A stretch of 64,000 nucleotides of DNA from an uncultured Poribacteria bacterium. GTDB taxonomy: Bacteria; Poribacteria; WGA-4E; WGA-3G. The translations under genes were made by a program, and so were the position numbers. The stretch's first letter is position 1. Every line of letters starts with the position of its first letter. Below, piece after piece: positions 20,001 to 30,321 of this stretch. Below the pieces are notes generated by a model. It was given only the letters and a program-made list of their open reading frames with translations, did not search any database and was not told the origin of the DNA. The stretch spans positions 2,560,001 through 2,624,000 of the forward strand of contig CATQHZ020000001.1 in the NCBI GenBank assembly GCA_958296135.2. The letters run 5' to 3'.

Positions 20001-21345
20001 GCGGAACGCCAAGGAGAAACTCGGTATGAACGAGGCATTTGTCGATGTCGCCGGTGGCGGTGGCAGTGACACGGATGCGTTCGTTCGCGAGCAGACAGGT
20101 GACTATGATACCTACGTGTGGCCGTTGCAAGTGCTACAAGCTCCCGGTGGTGATACCGAAGGGGCTCTCGGCTCTGGTAAGGTGTGGCAGCGCGCGAAGG
20201 CAGATATTGTGGGTTACCACAAAGATGCATGGGCAGAAGCCGCCTTCACCGGTATCGGCTATGACAGGAATGTTTCCAAGTCTGCTGCCACCGCTGGCAC
20301 GCCGGGGTATCCGAATGGTGCCGTGAAAACGGGTGCGGCCACGCCAAAAGGCAGTATCACTATCAGCGAAGTGATGTTCGATTCGGGTGGTGGGACACTG
20401 CCACAGTGGATAGAGTTGTATAATAAATCCAAAACCGAGGCACTCAATCTGAACCGGTGGGAACTGGAGTTCCAGAATGTGGATTCCGAGGAGCTCGTCG
20501 GTAGGCCGATTGTGGCGTTGACGTTGCAGGAGAAGGTGATTCAACCGAATCAGACGCTGCTGATTGTCGCGGGCCCTGCGCGTGCATCGTCAAGCACGGT
20601 ATTTCCTGCGGAGCGGGTTTACAACCTGTTGGATTTGCATCAGAGGAACCTGCGCATTAAGACTGCGCGGGATACGTTCCTGAGCGCGGAAGGGTTCTAC
20701 CTGAAACTTACCGATAGCAACGGTAACCTCGTAGACGAGGTTGGCAACACTGATGGTAATCGTCGGACGAAAGATGCACCGGCGTGGGCGTTACCGGTGA
20801 GTGCCGAGGAAGGCGTTCGGAGTTCGCTCATTCGGCGTTACGACAACGGCGTGGCGCGGAAAGGGAAGCAGCGTGCGAGTTGGGCCCTGGCATCGAACGT
20901 CAAGCGACTCGCCGTGTCAGAACTCCATTATGGGCATGCCGAGGATATCGGCACGCCGGGGTATCGCGCTGGCGGTGCCTTGCCGGTGGAGTTGTCAAGT
21001 TTCTCGGTGATGCACAATGAAGCTGGCGCGGTTGTCTTAACCTGGACGACGGAGTCTGAAGTTGACAACGCTGGCTTTAACCTGCGCCGTAGTGAGAAAC
21101 GCACGAGCGGTTTCACGCTGCTGAATGCTGCGTTGATTGCGGGTGCTGGCACGACAGGTGAGCGTCAGACGTATACGTATACGGATACGTCTGCGAAGCC
21201 GGGTGTTGAGTACTATTATCAGATCGAGGAGGTCGCGTTTGATGGCCGGCCGGTGACGTTAGCGACGCGGATGTTGCGGGGGCCTGTCTCTGCGGCAAAT
21301 CGGCAGTTGACGACGTTCGGTGCTGTGAAAAAGCAGGCGAAATAG
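17080..21345 (+). CDS. large secreted protein with Ig-like and two lamin-tail-like domains
   Basis: Signal peptide; VFNE...DWLELRN and ITISEVMF...QWIELYN; GTPGY; LPVELSSF; tail LTTFGAVKKQ. Confidence 0.85.
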   Translation: MKRHSIFFLCLLLVVGIVSMLGIPIDAQAVESVAGIRIYVNPDVVPSFADAGYPTAVQTGQSSIRGHPWATGPYVKLGTSHGTVSGGTEITDSNDHDSASPVTAGGGDIIAIALHLQNVDLWYLTLNFPGFDAAGLGRPAAHTTNPNRIKQSPPPNVYLEGPPGNAGLSPALADATAVYFYRVKNGDVDTDGGWLDSAAMATPFSNNRWGSSAKKAITFDTRNVKYPRVDGVGPELAPIHTHPVRFSDSSGYPIDNAPRGGHSRYHEIREHCIAHSLLRGSSYTSVCAHVMEDGYSKPALADSRQVYYYGLGDTIYYSVRFDKAVTVDAATPPTLRLGGGTLVGKYADYHSGAGTDTLVFRYTVEAGDYRFSDLQLYSALRHNAYNRGQLWPEDDPNAKWIRDLGGNRFLQRWADTQSALMAYFIGEMSETDWTYGGASGFHYNHILWSGDETIRALPGSEASKVRNFIVDTLPATVWIPGLIKNGETHTDDKRTAIVSLDAAAAPVTDFDLGVTESTTQTATFDVEFRFFNHPDAKSAVADEVGESFQPADVSITGPGVTRDAWQVALTYVGLDHRATERWPPSPHWTESLSEDSTSARERHIARHPGEIASEHEILRDYPALAFPLGSAKNSASFLVYKATITPPFGFVGDVTIALPAGATMDIAGNASLASNTLTVPVDNPLRVVETPEIVEPPAGVYTAGDKIEVSVTYAQENLRYEGANPPYLVVYLGEQVLANARHAVWTAAAGTDSTKVTFAYTVAATDTVTDAVRAPSVEILVPEETTLLSGPLGAPDGQQVGTAVPAVASGAAPASVPELDPVEDTSGREVAPVVRKTPVIPVVPFFPEAASPKAAASAVPRSPIVFNEFGNGSGAANDWLELRNVTGSAVSLKDWELSVVQDDKKEDTSLVVFADVSVPANGLLLLVSTSPAKTSLAGGDDIATSAVEQKGSPHQYLVVSGLALPDDGQFLLILRNAKEKLGMNEAFVDVAGGGGSDTDAFVREQTGDYDTYVWPLQVLQAPGGDTEGALGSGKVWQRAKADIVGYHKDAWAEAAFTGIGYDRNVSKSAATAGTPGYPNGAVKTGAATPKGSITISEVMFDSGGGTLPQWIELYNKSKTEALNLNRWELEFQNVDSEELVGRPIVALTLQEKVIQPNQTLLIVAGPARASSSTVFPAERVYNLLDLHQRNLRIKTARDTFLSAEGFYLKLTDSNGNLVDEVGNTDGNRRTKDAPAWALPVSAEEGVRSSLIRRYDNGVARKGKQRASWALASNVKRLAVSELHYGHAEDIGTPGYRAGGALPVELSSFSVMHNEAGAVVLTWTTESEVDNAGFNLRRSEKRTSGFTLLNAALIAGAGTTGERQTYTYTDTSAKPGVEYYYQIEEVAFDGRPVTLATRMLRGPVSAANRQLTTFGAVKKQAK

Positions 21346-21347
21346 AT

Positions 21348-22150
21348 GTAGGGTGAGGGTTGTCCCTCGCGATGTAGAAAACGGCCGTGGCCCCTTGGGG
21401 TTGCGGCTGTTTTCGTTTGGGTTGGGCGATCGCGAGGGGCCCTTAGTTCGTAGGGCGCGGTCCTGTGCCGCGCCATGCGATGGTAAAAAGGGCCCCTTCT
21501 ACCGTAGGGCGCGGGCCTGTGCCGCGCCATGCTGCGGTTAAAAGGGCTCCTTAGTCCGTAGGGCGCGGTCCTGTGCCGCGCCATGCGATGGTAAAAAGGG
21601 CCCCTTCTACCGTAGGGCGCGGTCCTGTGCCTCGCCATGCATCGATCTGCAGAGAAGAGGGCCGAAGTCCTGGGGCTTCGGGCGTTTTTTGTGTAGGTCG
21701 AACGATCGCGAGGGACAGTGGACATCTCTGCAGCGAGGCTGCAGAGATGACAAAGTTTCGGCGTGACGGCCCTCGCGCTACGGTGCGAGGGGGCGGGTTC
21801 GTGTGGTTCGGACGATCGCGAGGGGAACCCTCGGCGATTCGTGATCGCCGGGCCATCGCGCGACGGTGAAAGGGCCCCTTAGTCCGTAGGGCGCGGTCCT
21901 GTGCCGCGCCATGCATCGATCTGCAGAGAAGATGGCCGAAGTCCCGGGGTTTCGGTCGTTTTTTGTGTAGGTCGGTAGATCGCGAGGGGAACCCTCGGCG
22001 ATTCGCGATCGCCGGGCCCTCGCGCTACGGTAAAAGGGGCCGTTTCGGCGTGACGGCCCTCGCACTACGGTAAAAGGGGCCGTCAGTGAAAGGGCCCCTT
22101 AGTCCGTAGGGCGCGGTCTTGTGCCGCGCCATGCATCGGTCTGCAGAGGA
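21348..22150. repeat. second BIME-like REP array
   Basis: Same GTAG palindromes and linkers as 15322-16262. Confidence 0.9.
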
Positions 22151-22205
22151 GAGTTCGTTTCTTCTGGTTGTTAGTGTTATAGAGTATTGCTCTTTGCGCC
22201 GAGCC

Positions 22206-22883
22206 CTAAAAACCCGATGGTTTCCTCCGACGAAAGAACTTTGGAACGAAGGAGAGCAACAAAAACAGACACCCCACGATGCCGAGATAAACCATGGTCT
22301 TCACGAAGTCCCCCTCGCCGCTGACAAACGCGCCGCCGAGTTGCACCAGCACCGTTGTCCCCGGCAACATGAAAATCGCTGAGACGAGCAGATAAGTAGA
22401 AAATCGGATGCTCGTCAGGCCATAGGCGTAGTTTTGCAGGTTAAACGGGAAAATCGGCACGAGGCGCGTAAACATCAAAACGCGCCAGCCTTGCTGTTCA
22501 ACTTGTTCATCGATTTTGCGGAACTGCGGATTGCTCGCCACCCAACTTGCAACCAGCCCGCGCACAGCGTAACGAGCAATAAGGAATGCGAAGGCAATAG
22601 AGATAATCGAGGCAACCGAGGCGTAGAAGACACCCCACACCGGGCCGAAGGCAATCCCCGCCAGCACCGTCACCGGGAAACCGGGCAGGAAGAAAATGGT
22701 GGACACGAGGTAAATCCCCATGTAAATCAGCGGAGCTATCGCCCCGAAGCCCGCAACCCAAGTTTTGATTTTCGGCACGTTTTCCAGCCGAATAGCATCC
22801 GTCACGCCGTAATGTCTTAACAACAAATAAACCGCTGCAAGGGTGCCGGCAGTGATTACAATTTTAATGAGGCTGTTTTTCAT
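22206..22883 (-). CDS. TVP38/TMEM64 (DedA superfamily) membrane protein
   Basis: RLVPIFPFNLQNYAYGLT. Confidence 0.92.
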   Translation of the reverse strand: MKNSLIKIVITAGTLAAVYLLLRHYGVTDAIRLENVPKIKTWVAGFGAIAPLIYMGIYLVSTIFFLPGFPVTVLAGIAFGPVWGVFYASVASIISIAFAFLIARYAVRGLVASWVASNPQFRKIDEQVEQQGWRVLMFTRLVPIFPFNLQNYAYGLTSIRFSTYLLVSAIFMLPGTTVLVQLGGAFVSGEGDFVKTMVYLGIVGCLFLLLSFVPKFFRRRKPSGF

Positions 22884-22894
22884 TGTCTCCTTAA

Positions 22895-24379
22895 CTAATT
22901 CTCCTTCCCTATGGCAATAGCCTCCAAATAGGCTTTGATTTGTGCCCGATACCGGACCGGAATTCGGTTATTTTCAATGGCTTGCGCATACTCTCGCTTG
23001 GCATTCAGCACAACGTCGCTGAAAAGACGGTAGGAACCATCGCCTCTCAGGGCCTCTGCTCCCGTGAAGACCCGGGATAAGCGTTGGGAATCCGCTGAGG
23101 GTTCCGTCGTGAGCGTCAGCTGCTCTCCGTTCACTTGCAACGATGGCGTTTCATCGCCAGTCAGGAGAGACTCTTCACCGTAGCGCGGGGGCCTGTCCCC
23201 CGCGCGCTCTTTATCCATTGACACACTTTCCAAGCGTGCCGGAGATTCGCTCGGCACCGTTTCAAGCGTTCCTTGCACCTCGCCGTTGCCCGCCTCTTGC
23301 CCAGGCGCGCCATCGTTATTGGCCACGCCGCCGGAAGAATTTTGCGGCTCAATGCTTGCCAGCGCGAGCTCTTTCCGACTCGCCGTAAGCTGCGCCTCCA
23401 GCTGCGCCAGCTGCGGGAACGCCTTTACCTGCCGGAGGACTTCGGCAATATCTCGCAAAGTTTCCGGGGACACTGCCTTTCCCTGAATCTCTGCCAGCAA
23501 TGTGTTCGGTAAACGTTCAGCCAAACGCGCAAAGAGTTCAGCGAGTTCAGCCTGGAGTTCCGGTGAAATCTCCGGTTGTTCCGCGAGTGCCTCCAATTCC
23601 GCCGAAAGTTCGTTCGCATTCATCCCCTTAAAGCGCGGTGTCGCCTGTGTCGCTTCGGCGATAGCAGCTTCAACTTCAGCGGCTTGCTCCACCTGTTGCT
23701 TCCGCACCGCTGTATTCAACGCGCTTAACTGCGCCTGTGCATCGCGCACATCCTTTGCGGCTTTCAACTTGTTCACCGTCTCCCGTATTTGTGGAGTATC
23801 AGTCTGCAACTTTTCAAGGTTTTGCACCGCCGCGTCAACAACTTGTTGTTGGGCAACGGTGAGCGGCGGCGGCACGTCATAGAGCCGCGGCACGGCAAAA
23901 GAGAACACAATGAACAGCAACGGAATCGGAACCGCTTTTAGGATGCCGGGCACGCGATACGGAAAAGTCGCACTCAGGTGCTCGCGCCTATCGGAAACGG
24001 CGTTCGCAGTATCGCGAATTTGGAACTGAGCGAAAGCGGAAGTGTCATCGGCACTTATTAATTGATACGCTGTGCTCAACCGTTCCTTGAGCCCCATGCG
24101 CAAGTCGACAATACGCGCCACCGCTCGCAAATCCTTTCGGTGTCTGAAACCTAAGCAGATACCCACACCGACTGCTCCCAAAACGCCGAGCAAACTCATA
24201 TCCGTTATCCGCATCGGAAGCAGGATGAGGCGGTTTACTACAAACAGTATAGCGAGCAGTAAAAGCCCACAAAAGAGCGCGCTTGTCACCTTTTGCAAGA
24301 GGACTTGCTGGTGCATTCGAGTTCGCGCATTCGTTAGGATGTTGAGAATCACACGTTCCGGTCTCACCATGGGAGTCAT
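22895..24379 (-). CDS. membrane-anchored coiled-coil hypothetical protein
   Basis: Three TM helices, GLKERLSTA, C-terminal IPVRYRAQIKAYL. Confidence 0.75.
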   Translation of the reverse strand: MTPMVRPERVILNILTNARTRMHQQVLLQKVTSALFCGLLLLAILFVVNRLILLPMRITDMSLLGVLGAVGVGICLGFRHRKDLRAVARIVDLRMGLKERLSTAYQLISADDTSAFAQFQIRDTANAVSDRREHLSATFPYRVPGILKAVPIPLLFIVFSFAVPRLYDVPPPLTVAQQQVVDAAVQNLEKLQTDTPQIRETVNKLKAAKDVRDAQAQLSALNTAVRKQQVEQAAEVEAAIAEATQATPRFKGMNANELSAELEALAEQPEISPELQAELAELFARLAERLPNTLLAEIQGKAVSPETLRDIAEVLRQVKAFPQLAQLEAQLTASRKELALASIEPQNSSGGVANNDGAPGQEAGNGEVQGTLETVPSESPARLESVSMDKERAGDRPPRYGEESLLTGDETPSLQVNGEQLTLTTEPSADSQRLSRVFTGAEALRGDGSYRLFSDVVLNAKREYAQAIENNRIPVRYRAQIKAYLEAIAIGKEN

Positions 24380-24423
24380 TCCATTAGATAATCATCGCGA
24401 TGGACAGATATAGCCACCCGGCC

Positions 24424-25449
24424 TTACAGAAAAAGGCACATTTTCTCCACCGCTTCCATCACTGCGTCTGGTGTAATCGCCGCGAGGTTTTGGCGTGCAA
24501 CCTCGGGGTGTGCGTCCCACGCTTTCGGTGAAAGCGTCCGCATAAACGGGCAATCCTCGCGTGCGATGACGGTATGTTTACGCCACGGCGGCCCCCACTG
24601 CAACGGGTTTGACGCACCAAACAGCGCAATTGTCGGCGTTTTCAACGCCGTGCTCAGGTGCATCGGACCGGTATCATTGCTAATGTAGAGATGGCACCGC
24701 TGCAGCAGCGCGGCGAGTTGCATCGGCGTTGTATCCTTAACGATAACAGGCGAACGCGCCAGATGAGCTGCCAGATGCGCGGCAAGCTCACCCTCTCGGG
24801 GCCCCGTCGTGATGATGAGGTGCGCGTCATACACTTCGCGCATCCGGTCGCCGACTATTGCGAAATTAGCGCAAGCCCAGCGGCGATAGGTTGTCGCAGC
24901 ACCGGGGTTGAGCCCAATAACCGGCCTGCCATCATCAAGGTTTAACTTCGAGAAAAATCTATTAGCCCACGCTTGCGCAGCGTCATCAACAAAGACTTCC
25001 GGTTCATCAGCCAATTCGCCTTCAATACCGAGCGCGCGGACAACATCCAGATAACGCTGCACCTCATGCTGATTCGTGTTATTCGGCACCGCAAGATTGA
25101 GCAGGCTCTTACCGCCTGCGTTCGTCTCAAACCCAACACGGAACGGAACTCTGGCGAGAAAGGTGTGCAGCACCAACCGGAACGTCGGCTGTAGCACAAC
25201 CGCCATCTGAAATCTCTCCCGAACGAGTTGATAAATCAGTCGCGGCACCGAAGGCTGATACGTCAACACCGCATCCAAATGCGGGTTCGCTGATACCAAA
25301 TCCTCTCGCGTCGGCGCCACCATGTAAGCGATGTAGGCATCGGGAAATCGGCACCGTAGCGCGCGAATAACCGGCGTAGTCAAAACCGTTTCACCGAGCG
25401 GCGCGAGCCTGACGATTAAAATGCGGTTAATTCTTTCAAGTTCAATCAT
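24424..25449 (-). CDS. glycosyltransferase family 9 (heptosyltransferase-like)
   Basis: ILIVRLAPLGETVLTTP, NPGA, SNDTGPMHL. Confidence 0.92.
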   Translation of the reverse strand: MIELERINRILIVRLAPLGETVLTTPVIRALRCRFPDAYIAYMVAPTREDLVSANPHLDAVLTYQPSVPRLIYQLVRERFQMAVVLQPTFRLVLHTFLARVPFRVGFETNAGGKSLLNLAVPNNTNQHEVQRYLDVVRALGIEGELADEPEVFVDDAAQAWANRFFSKLNLDDGRPVIGLNPGAATTYRRWACANFAIVGDRMREVYDAHLIITTGPREGELAAHLAAHLARSPVIVKDTTPMQLAALLQRCHLYISNDTGPMHLSTALKTPTIALFGASNPLQWGPPWRKHTVIAREDCPFMRTLSPKAWDAHPEVARQNLAAITPDAVMEAVEKMCLFL

Positions 25450-25476
25450 CTCACTAGCCGCACTACATAACCTATA

Positions 25477-25640
25477 AGAATCTCGTCAAATGTAGACTAA
25501 TCTGGAAACCTGTGCAAGTCTACGAGTCTCTGAGAGGTCAGCGGTTTCCTGCTTCTTCCGCGCACACGCGGGTTCTGATGCCAGCCTACCAAAGTAGGTG
25601 TTACAGCGTCTCCACAGGCGTTTAGACTCTCGTCCGTGCT
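25477..25640 (-). ncRNA. putative TnpB omega/reRNA overlapping tnpB 3' end plus flanking guide
   Basis: AACGCCTGTGGAGA...GAAGCAGGAA at tnpB 3' end; position follows known TnpB biology. Confidence 0.5.
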
Positions 25641-26723
25641 AGACGCGAGCTGTCGAAGGTTTATAGCGGCGTTAACGTCTCTGTCCTCTACCAATCCGCA
25701 GATACCGCAGTGGTATTCTCTGTCCTTGAGCGTCAGTTTGAATTCGCCACGTTTGACGTATCCACAGTAACTGCATCGCTGTGTTGACGGCCAGAACGTA
25801 TCTGCCGACACAATGCGGATGCCACGCCACACCGCTTTGTATTTAAGTTTGACGAGAAAACCACCGAGGCTTGCATCGGCGAGTGCCTTGCTCAGCTTGC
25901 GATTTTTCATCAAACCTTTCACGGTGAGGCTCTCGATGCCAAGTGCCGAGATGCCTTGCAGGATGCGATGTGTTGCCTGATGATGGGCATCGGTTCGCAC
26001 ATTGGCGATACGGGCGTGCAGGCGGGCGAGGCGTTCCTTCGCCTGCCACCAGTTGCGGCTCATGAACGTCTTGCGGGCGAGTGCCTTGTTTGCGCGACGT
26101 AGTTTGCGTTCATTGACGCGCAAGGCACGCGGATTTTCGTAGACAGTGCCATCGTCCATCGTGGCGAGGGCGGAGATGCCGACATCGCAACCTGCGGCGG
26201 GCAGTGCTGACGTGTCGGGCGGTTCCGGGACATCAACTTCGACGAGGATGCTGAGATACCATCGATGTGCGATTCGCTTAACGAAAGCACGGCGAACTTC
26301 ACCTGTCCATCGAGGGGTTTCATGCAACCTAACCTGTCCAATTATCGGGAGGACGACGTGTTTGCCGTCCTCCGTCATTTTGACAGTATTGACACCATTA
26401 TCAATCTGGAACGCGGGGCGAGACTTATGCGTCTTCCGTTTGGGCGCACCATTCTGTCCCGATTTGTATCTGGCGATAGCATCACCGAAAGCGTGGATAG
26501 CAGTCTTGCCTGCGTTTTGAGAACACGCGGCGAATTCGGGGAACACCTCGCGCTTCCGTGAGTTGAAGATTTTCTTCAAATCGTAGAGGGAGTTACGGCG
26601 GTCGGCGTTCCAATCAGAATGTGCGGCATTATAGGCGGCGCGTGCGAATTGCACATGCAGGTTAAATGCCTCGACCTGTTCCTCAGTTGGAGTGAGTGCT
26701 ATCTTCTGGGCTCGTAATGCCAT
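25497..26723 (-). CDS. tnpB: RNA-guided endonuclease TnpB
   Basis: RuvC-I GCDVG, RuvC-II IESL, Zn finger CSYC/CGIC, RuvC-III DRDVNAAINL. Confidence 0.95.
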   Translation of the reverse strand: MALRAQKIALTPTEEQVEAFNLHVQFARAAYNAAHSDWNADRRNSLYDLKKIFNSRKREVFPEFAACSQNAGKTAIHAFGDAIARYKSGQNGAPKRKTHKSRPAFQIDNGVNTVKMTEDGKHVVLPIIGQVRLHETPRWTGEVRRAFVKRIAHRWYLSILVEVDVPEPPDTSALPAAGCDVGISALATMDDGTVYENPRALRVNERKLRRANKALARKTFMSRNWWQAKERLARLHARIANVRTDAHHQATHRILQGISALGIESLTVKGLMKNRKLSKALADASLGGFLVKLKYKAVWRGIRIVSADTFWPSTQRCSYCGYVKRGEFKLTLKDREYHCGICGLVEDRDVNAAINLRQLASSTDESLNACGDAVTPTLVGWHQNPRVRGRSRKPLTSQRLVDLHRFPD

Positions 26724-26830
26724 AGGTGTCACCGTTCGCCGTTGTTTTTCCTTCCTACTAAGGTAAGGTGGAGGTGAGAGACACGGCGGGATGCCGCGCT
26801 TAGTAGGTCTCACCTCCCAACGGCAACTAT

Positions 26831-26859
26831 ATTATACCACAAATCCACGCCGAATGCAA
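26831..26859 (-). promoter_or_regulatory. tnpB promoter
   Basis: TTGCAT-17 bp-TATAAT. Confidence 0.65.
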
Positions 26860-27088
26860 GTCAAAATGCACACTGCTAGATTAGGGTAGGTTCTCCTAGT
26901 ATCTCATAGATTCATCGCCACTGCACCGAGCCCTAACAATCGCGGGGGACAGGCCCCCGCGCTACGTTATGAGAAGGCTAACTTGAATTGGCAAGCGACA
27001 GACAGATACAGAAAACAGATATAGAAATCTAGCCTGACAAAAAAATGCACATTATGATATAATACCCGAAAACGCACAGGATGTCAAC

Positions 27089-27823
27089 GTGAATTTGCTC
27101 CTCCAAAGATTACGAGAAAAATATCTGCACAACTGGGAACGACAGGCAACGCTGATTTTGCTCGCCGCTGCGCTTCTCCTGACACTGCACCGGTACTACA
27201 GCCGCACACGGTTCTTTCGGAGCCACTTCGCGACGTATTTTGAAAATTTCCCGCTGGCAGAGAGCTATCCTTACTACTACTGGTTTTTGACAACCGCCCT
27301 CACGCTGTTCCTCCTGCCGGCTCTCGTCGCCAAATTTGGAACAAAGACGCGGCTTTGCGATTACGGACTTCGGTTCGGTAATCAGAAACTCGGTTGGAGT
27401 GTGACAGCAGCGGCGTGGATAGTCATGATACCTGTTGTGATTGGCGCGGTGCTCGTGTATCCACCCTTCCTCGCAAAGTATCCGCTTTGCAAGGCCGTCT
27501 CGGCAAGCTGGCAGGCGTTCCTGCCGTATCAACTCGCCTACGGCGTTTACATGTTCTCGTGGGAATTTTTCTTCCGTGGATTCATGCTGTTCGGGCTGGA
27601 GCGGCGATTCGGGAACTACAGCATCCTCATTCAGACGATTCCGTTTGCGGTGATGCACTATTCCAAACCGATGCCGGAGGCCATCGGTTCAATCGTTGCA
27701 GGCGTATTGCTCGGCGTGCTCGCGCTAGAGACGCGCTCTTTTCTTTATGGTGCAGCAATTCACTGGCTCGTCGCGATGACAATGGATGTCGTCGCTGTAA
27801 CCGTTTCGCATTTTGAAGGTTGA
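27089..27823 (+). CDS. CPBP (CAAX/Abi) intramembrane metalloprotease
   Basis: WEFFFRG, FAVMH, AAIHW. Confidence 0.9.
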   Translation: MNLLLQRLREKYLHNWERQATLILLAAALLLTLHRYYSRTRFFRSHFATYFENFPLAESYPYYYWFLTTALTLFLLPALVAKFGTKTRLCDYGLRFGNQKLGWSVTAAAWIVMIPVVIGAVLVYPPFLAKYPLCKAVSASWQAFLPYQLAYGVYMFSWEFFFRGFMLFGLERRFGNYSILIQTIPFAVMHYSKPMPEAIGSIVAGVLLGVLALETRSFLYGAAIHWLVAMTMDVVAVTVSHFEG

Positions 27824-28053
27824 CAACTCCGGCATCTTGTTATAGGCCTAAACGAACCTCTATAGTTCGGGTTCGTATAAGGTTTCATAAAATAATCGGA
27901 CATTTTTTTTCTCCGCAGGGGCTGCTTGCGCGAGCCCCCTGGAACGTAGCGCGGCGGCCTGTCCCCCGCGAGCACCGTAACCTAGCGAGGGACAGGCCCT
28001 CGCACTACGGCCCCCAGCGATAGCTGCGGAAATAACACGAAGGAGATTTCTTT

Positions 28054-29997
28054 ATGGCTAACAATATTTTTCCACCGGTGGAGACAGCCTATCCTCTCAG
28101 TGCGGCGCACGTCAACAGTTTAGATGCCTATCAAGCGCAGTACGCCGAATCTATCCAAGATGCGGCAGCGTTCTGGGCAAACATCGCCGAACGGTTGACA
28201 TGGTACCAGAAATGGGATACGGTGCGCGACTACGATTTTGTCAACGGCGAAATCAAGTGGTTTGAGGGCGGCACGCTCAACGCATGCTATAACTGCCTAG
28301 ACCGGCACGTAGAAGCAGGGCACGGCGAGGCAACCGCGATTATCTGGGAAGGCAACGCGCCAGACGAAGATAAGCGGTTCACTTACAGCAAACTCCTCGC
28401 CGAGGTGAAAAAGTGCGCCAATGTGCTGAAAACGCAAGGCATCCACAAAGGCGACAGGGTGTGCATCTATCTCCAGATGGTGCCCGAACTAGCAATTGCG
28501 ATGCTAGCATGCGCGCGTATCGGGGCTATCCATTCCATCGTTTTCGGCGCGTTCTCGGCGGAATCCCTCCGCGACAGGATTAACGACTCGGCGTGTAAAC
28601 TGCTCATAACGCAAGATACCGCTATGCGCGGACACCGCCGCGACATCCCGATGAAAGCGAACGCCGACGCAGCAGTCGCCGAATGTCCCTCTATTGAGAA
28701 AATCGTCGTCGTGGAACGGACCGGCGACACAGTAGATTTTGACGACGCGCGCGATGTCTGGTGGCACCAAGCAATGGCAACCGCCGACGCAGAATGCCAA
28801 CCCGAACCGATGGATGCCGAAGAACCGCTTTTCATACTCTATACCTCCGGTTCCACAGGCAAACCGAAGGGCGTGCTGCATACCACCGGCGGTTATCTCG
28901 TTTACGCCGCCTACACGCACCAACAGGTTTTTGACTACCACGAAGGCGATGTCTATTGGTGCACGGCGGATATCGGCTGGATTACCGGGCACTCTTACAT
29001 TATCTACGGCCCGCTCGCAAACCGCGCCATTACCGTGATGTTTGAAGGTGTGCCGAATTATCCCGATTTCGGACGGTTCTGGCAGATCGTGGATAAACAT
29101 CGGATTAACATCTTCTACACCGCACCCACAGCACTGCGCGCCTTGATGAAAGAGGGCAGCAAATGGGTGGAGAACTCTGAGAGAATCTCGCTCAAATTGC
29201 TCGGCACAGTCGGCGAACCGATTAAGGAACCGGAATGGCTCTGGTATTACAACACCGTGGGCGAGAAACGGTGCCCCATCGTCGATACGTGGTGGCAAAC
29301 CGAGACCGGCGGAATTCTGATGACACCCCTGCCTGCAGCAACACCGTTGAAGCCGGGCTCAGCGACGTTCCCCTTCTTCGGCATCGAACCCGTTATTTTG
29401 GACGAAGCAGGCAACGAGGTAGAAGGCAATCCCGCGACCGGGTACCTCTGTATCAAAACGGCGTGGCCCGGCATCATGCGCACTATCTACGGAGATCATG
29501 AACGGTTCTTGGATACCTATTTCCGGCGGTTCCCCGGCTACTACATGACAGGCGACGGCGTGCTGCGCGACGAGGATGGCTACTATTGGATCACCGGTCG
29601 TGTTGACGACGTACTGAACGTCTCTGGGCACCGGCTCGGCACAGCGGAGGTAGAAGGCGCGATTGGACAACATTCAGCGGTGGCAGAAGCCGCTGTCGTC
29701 GGATACCCGCACGATATTAAGGGACAAGGCATCTACGCGTATGTCACCTTAATGACAGGCGAACCTGCCTCGGCGGCGGTAGAAACAGGGATCAAACTCG
29801 CGGTGCGTCAACATATTGGCCCCATCGCCACGCCGGACAAGATTCAGTTTACGCCAGCGTTGCCGAAAACCCGTTCCGGGAAGATCATGCGCCGTATCCT
29901 CCGCAAAATCGCCGAAGGCGACATCACCGAACTGGGCGACACCTCCACCCTCGCCGATCCGATGGTGGTTGACGCTTTAGTAGAAGGGCGGCAGTAG
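28054..29997 (+). CDS. acs: acetyl-CoA synthetase
   Basis: [31 protein letters not shown]. Confidence 0.97.
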   Translation: MANNIFPPVETAYPLSAAHVNSLDAYQAQYAESIQDAAAFWANIAERLTWYQKWDTVRDYDFVNGEIKWFEGGTLNACYNCLDRHVEAGHGEATAIIWEGNAPDEDKRFTYSKLLAEVKKCANVLKTQGIHKGDRVCIYLQMVPELAIAMLACARIGAIHSIVFGAFSAESLRDRINDSACKLLITQDTAMRGHRRDIPMKANADAAVAECPSIEKIVVVERTGDTVDFDDARDVWWHQAMATADAECQPEPMDAEEPLFILYTSGSTGKPKGVLHTTGGYLVYAAYTHQQVFDYHEGDVYWCTADIGWITGHSYIIYGPLANRAITVMFEGVPNYPDFGRFWQIVDKHRINIFYTAPTALRALMKEGSKWVENSERISLKLLGTVGEPIKEPEWLWYYNTVGEKRCPIVDTWWQTETGGILMTPLPAATPLKPGSATFPFFGIEPVILDEAGNEVEGNPATGYLCIKTAWPGIMRTIYGDHERFLDTYFRRFPGYYMTGDGVLRDEDGYYWITGRVDDVLNVSGHRLGTAEVEGAIGQHSAVAEAAVVGYPHDIKGQGIYAYVTLMTGEPASAAVETGIKLAVRQHIGPIATPDKIQFTPALPKTRSGKIMRRILRKIAEGDITELGDTSTLADPMVVDALVEGRQ

Positions 29998-30107
29998 ATG
30001 CGCAATCTCTATAAGGGCGGATTTCCATATCCGCCCGTTACTATTCTCGTAGGCGTGCTTTCATGAAATTTCAGAATTAAAACGGAAAATTTCCAAACCC
30101 CGGTAGC

Positions 30108-30225
30108 CCGTAGGAGAAACCTCCTCCGGTAGGAGAGACCTCCTGGTCTCGATGCACCCCGGTAGGAGAAACCTCCTGGTCTCGATGCACCCCTCCTGGT
30201 CTCGACTCCTCCCGGTCTCGATGCA
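30108..30225 (+). repeat. tandem GTAGGAGAGACCTCCTGGTCTCGA REP copies
   Basis: Several copies between acs and the next gene; same family at 54968 and 16981. Confidence 0.75.
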
Positions 30226-30321
30226 TGCGATATCGGGCCAGGGATGTCCCGCCTACCGAAATTATCCGATTATTTTTTGAATCTTCACCTAAGCACGCAC
30301 CCAACACATCAGGAGCACAAA

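Larger units (their letters stand above)
25497..26884 (-). mobile_element. non-autonomous TnpB element (IS607/IS1341-like), no TnpA
   Basis: tnpB with its own promoter; ends form an imperfect inverted repeat CTAATCT...TGTGCA. Confidence 0.65.
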
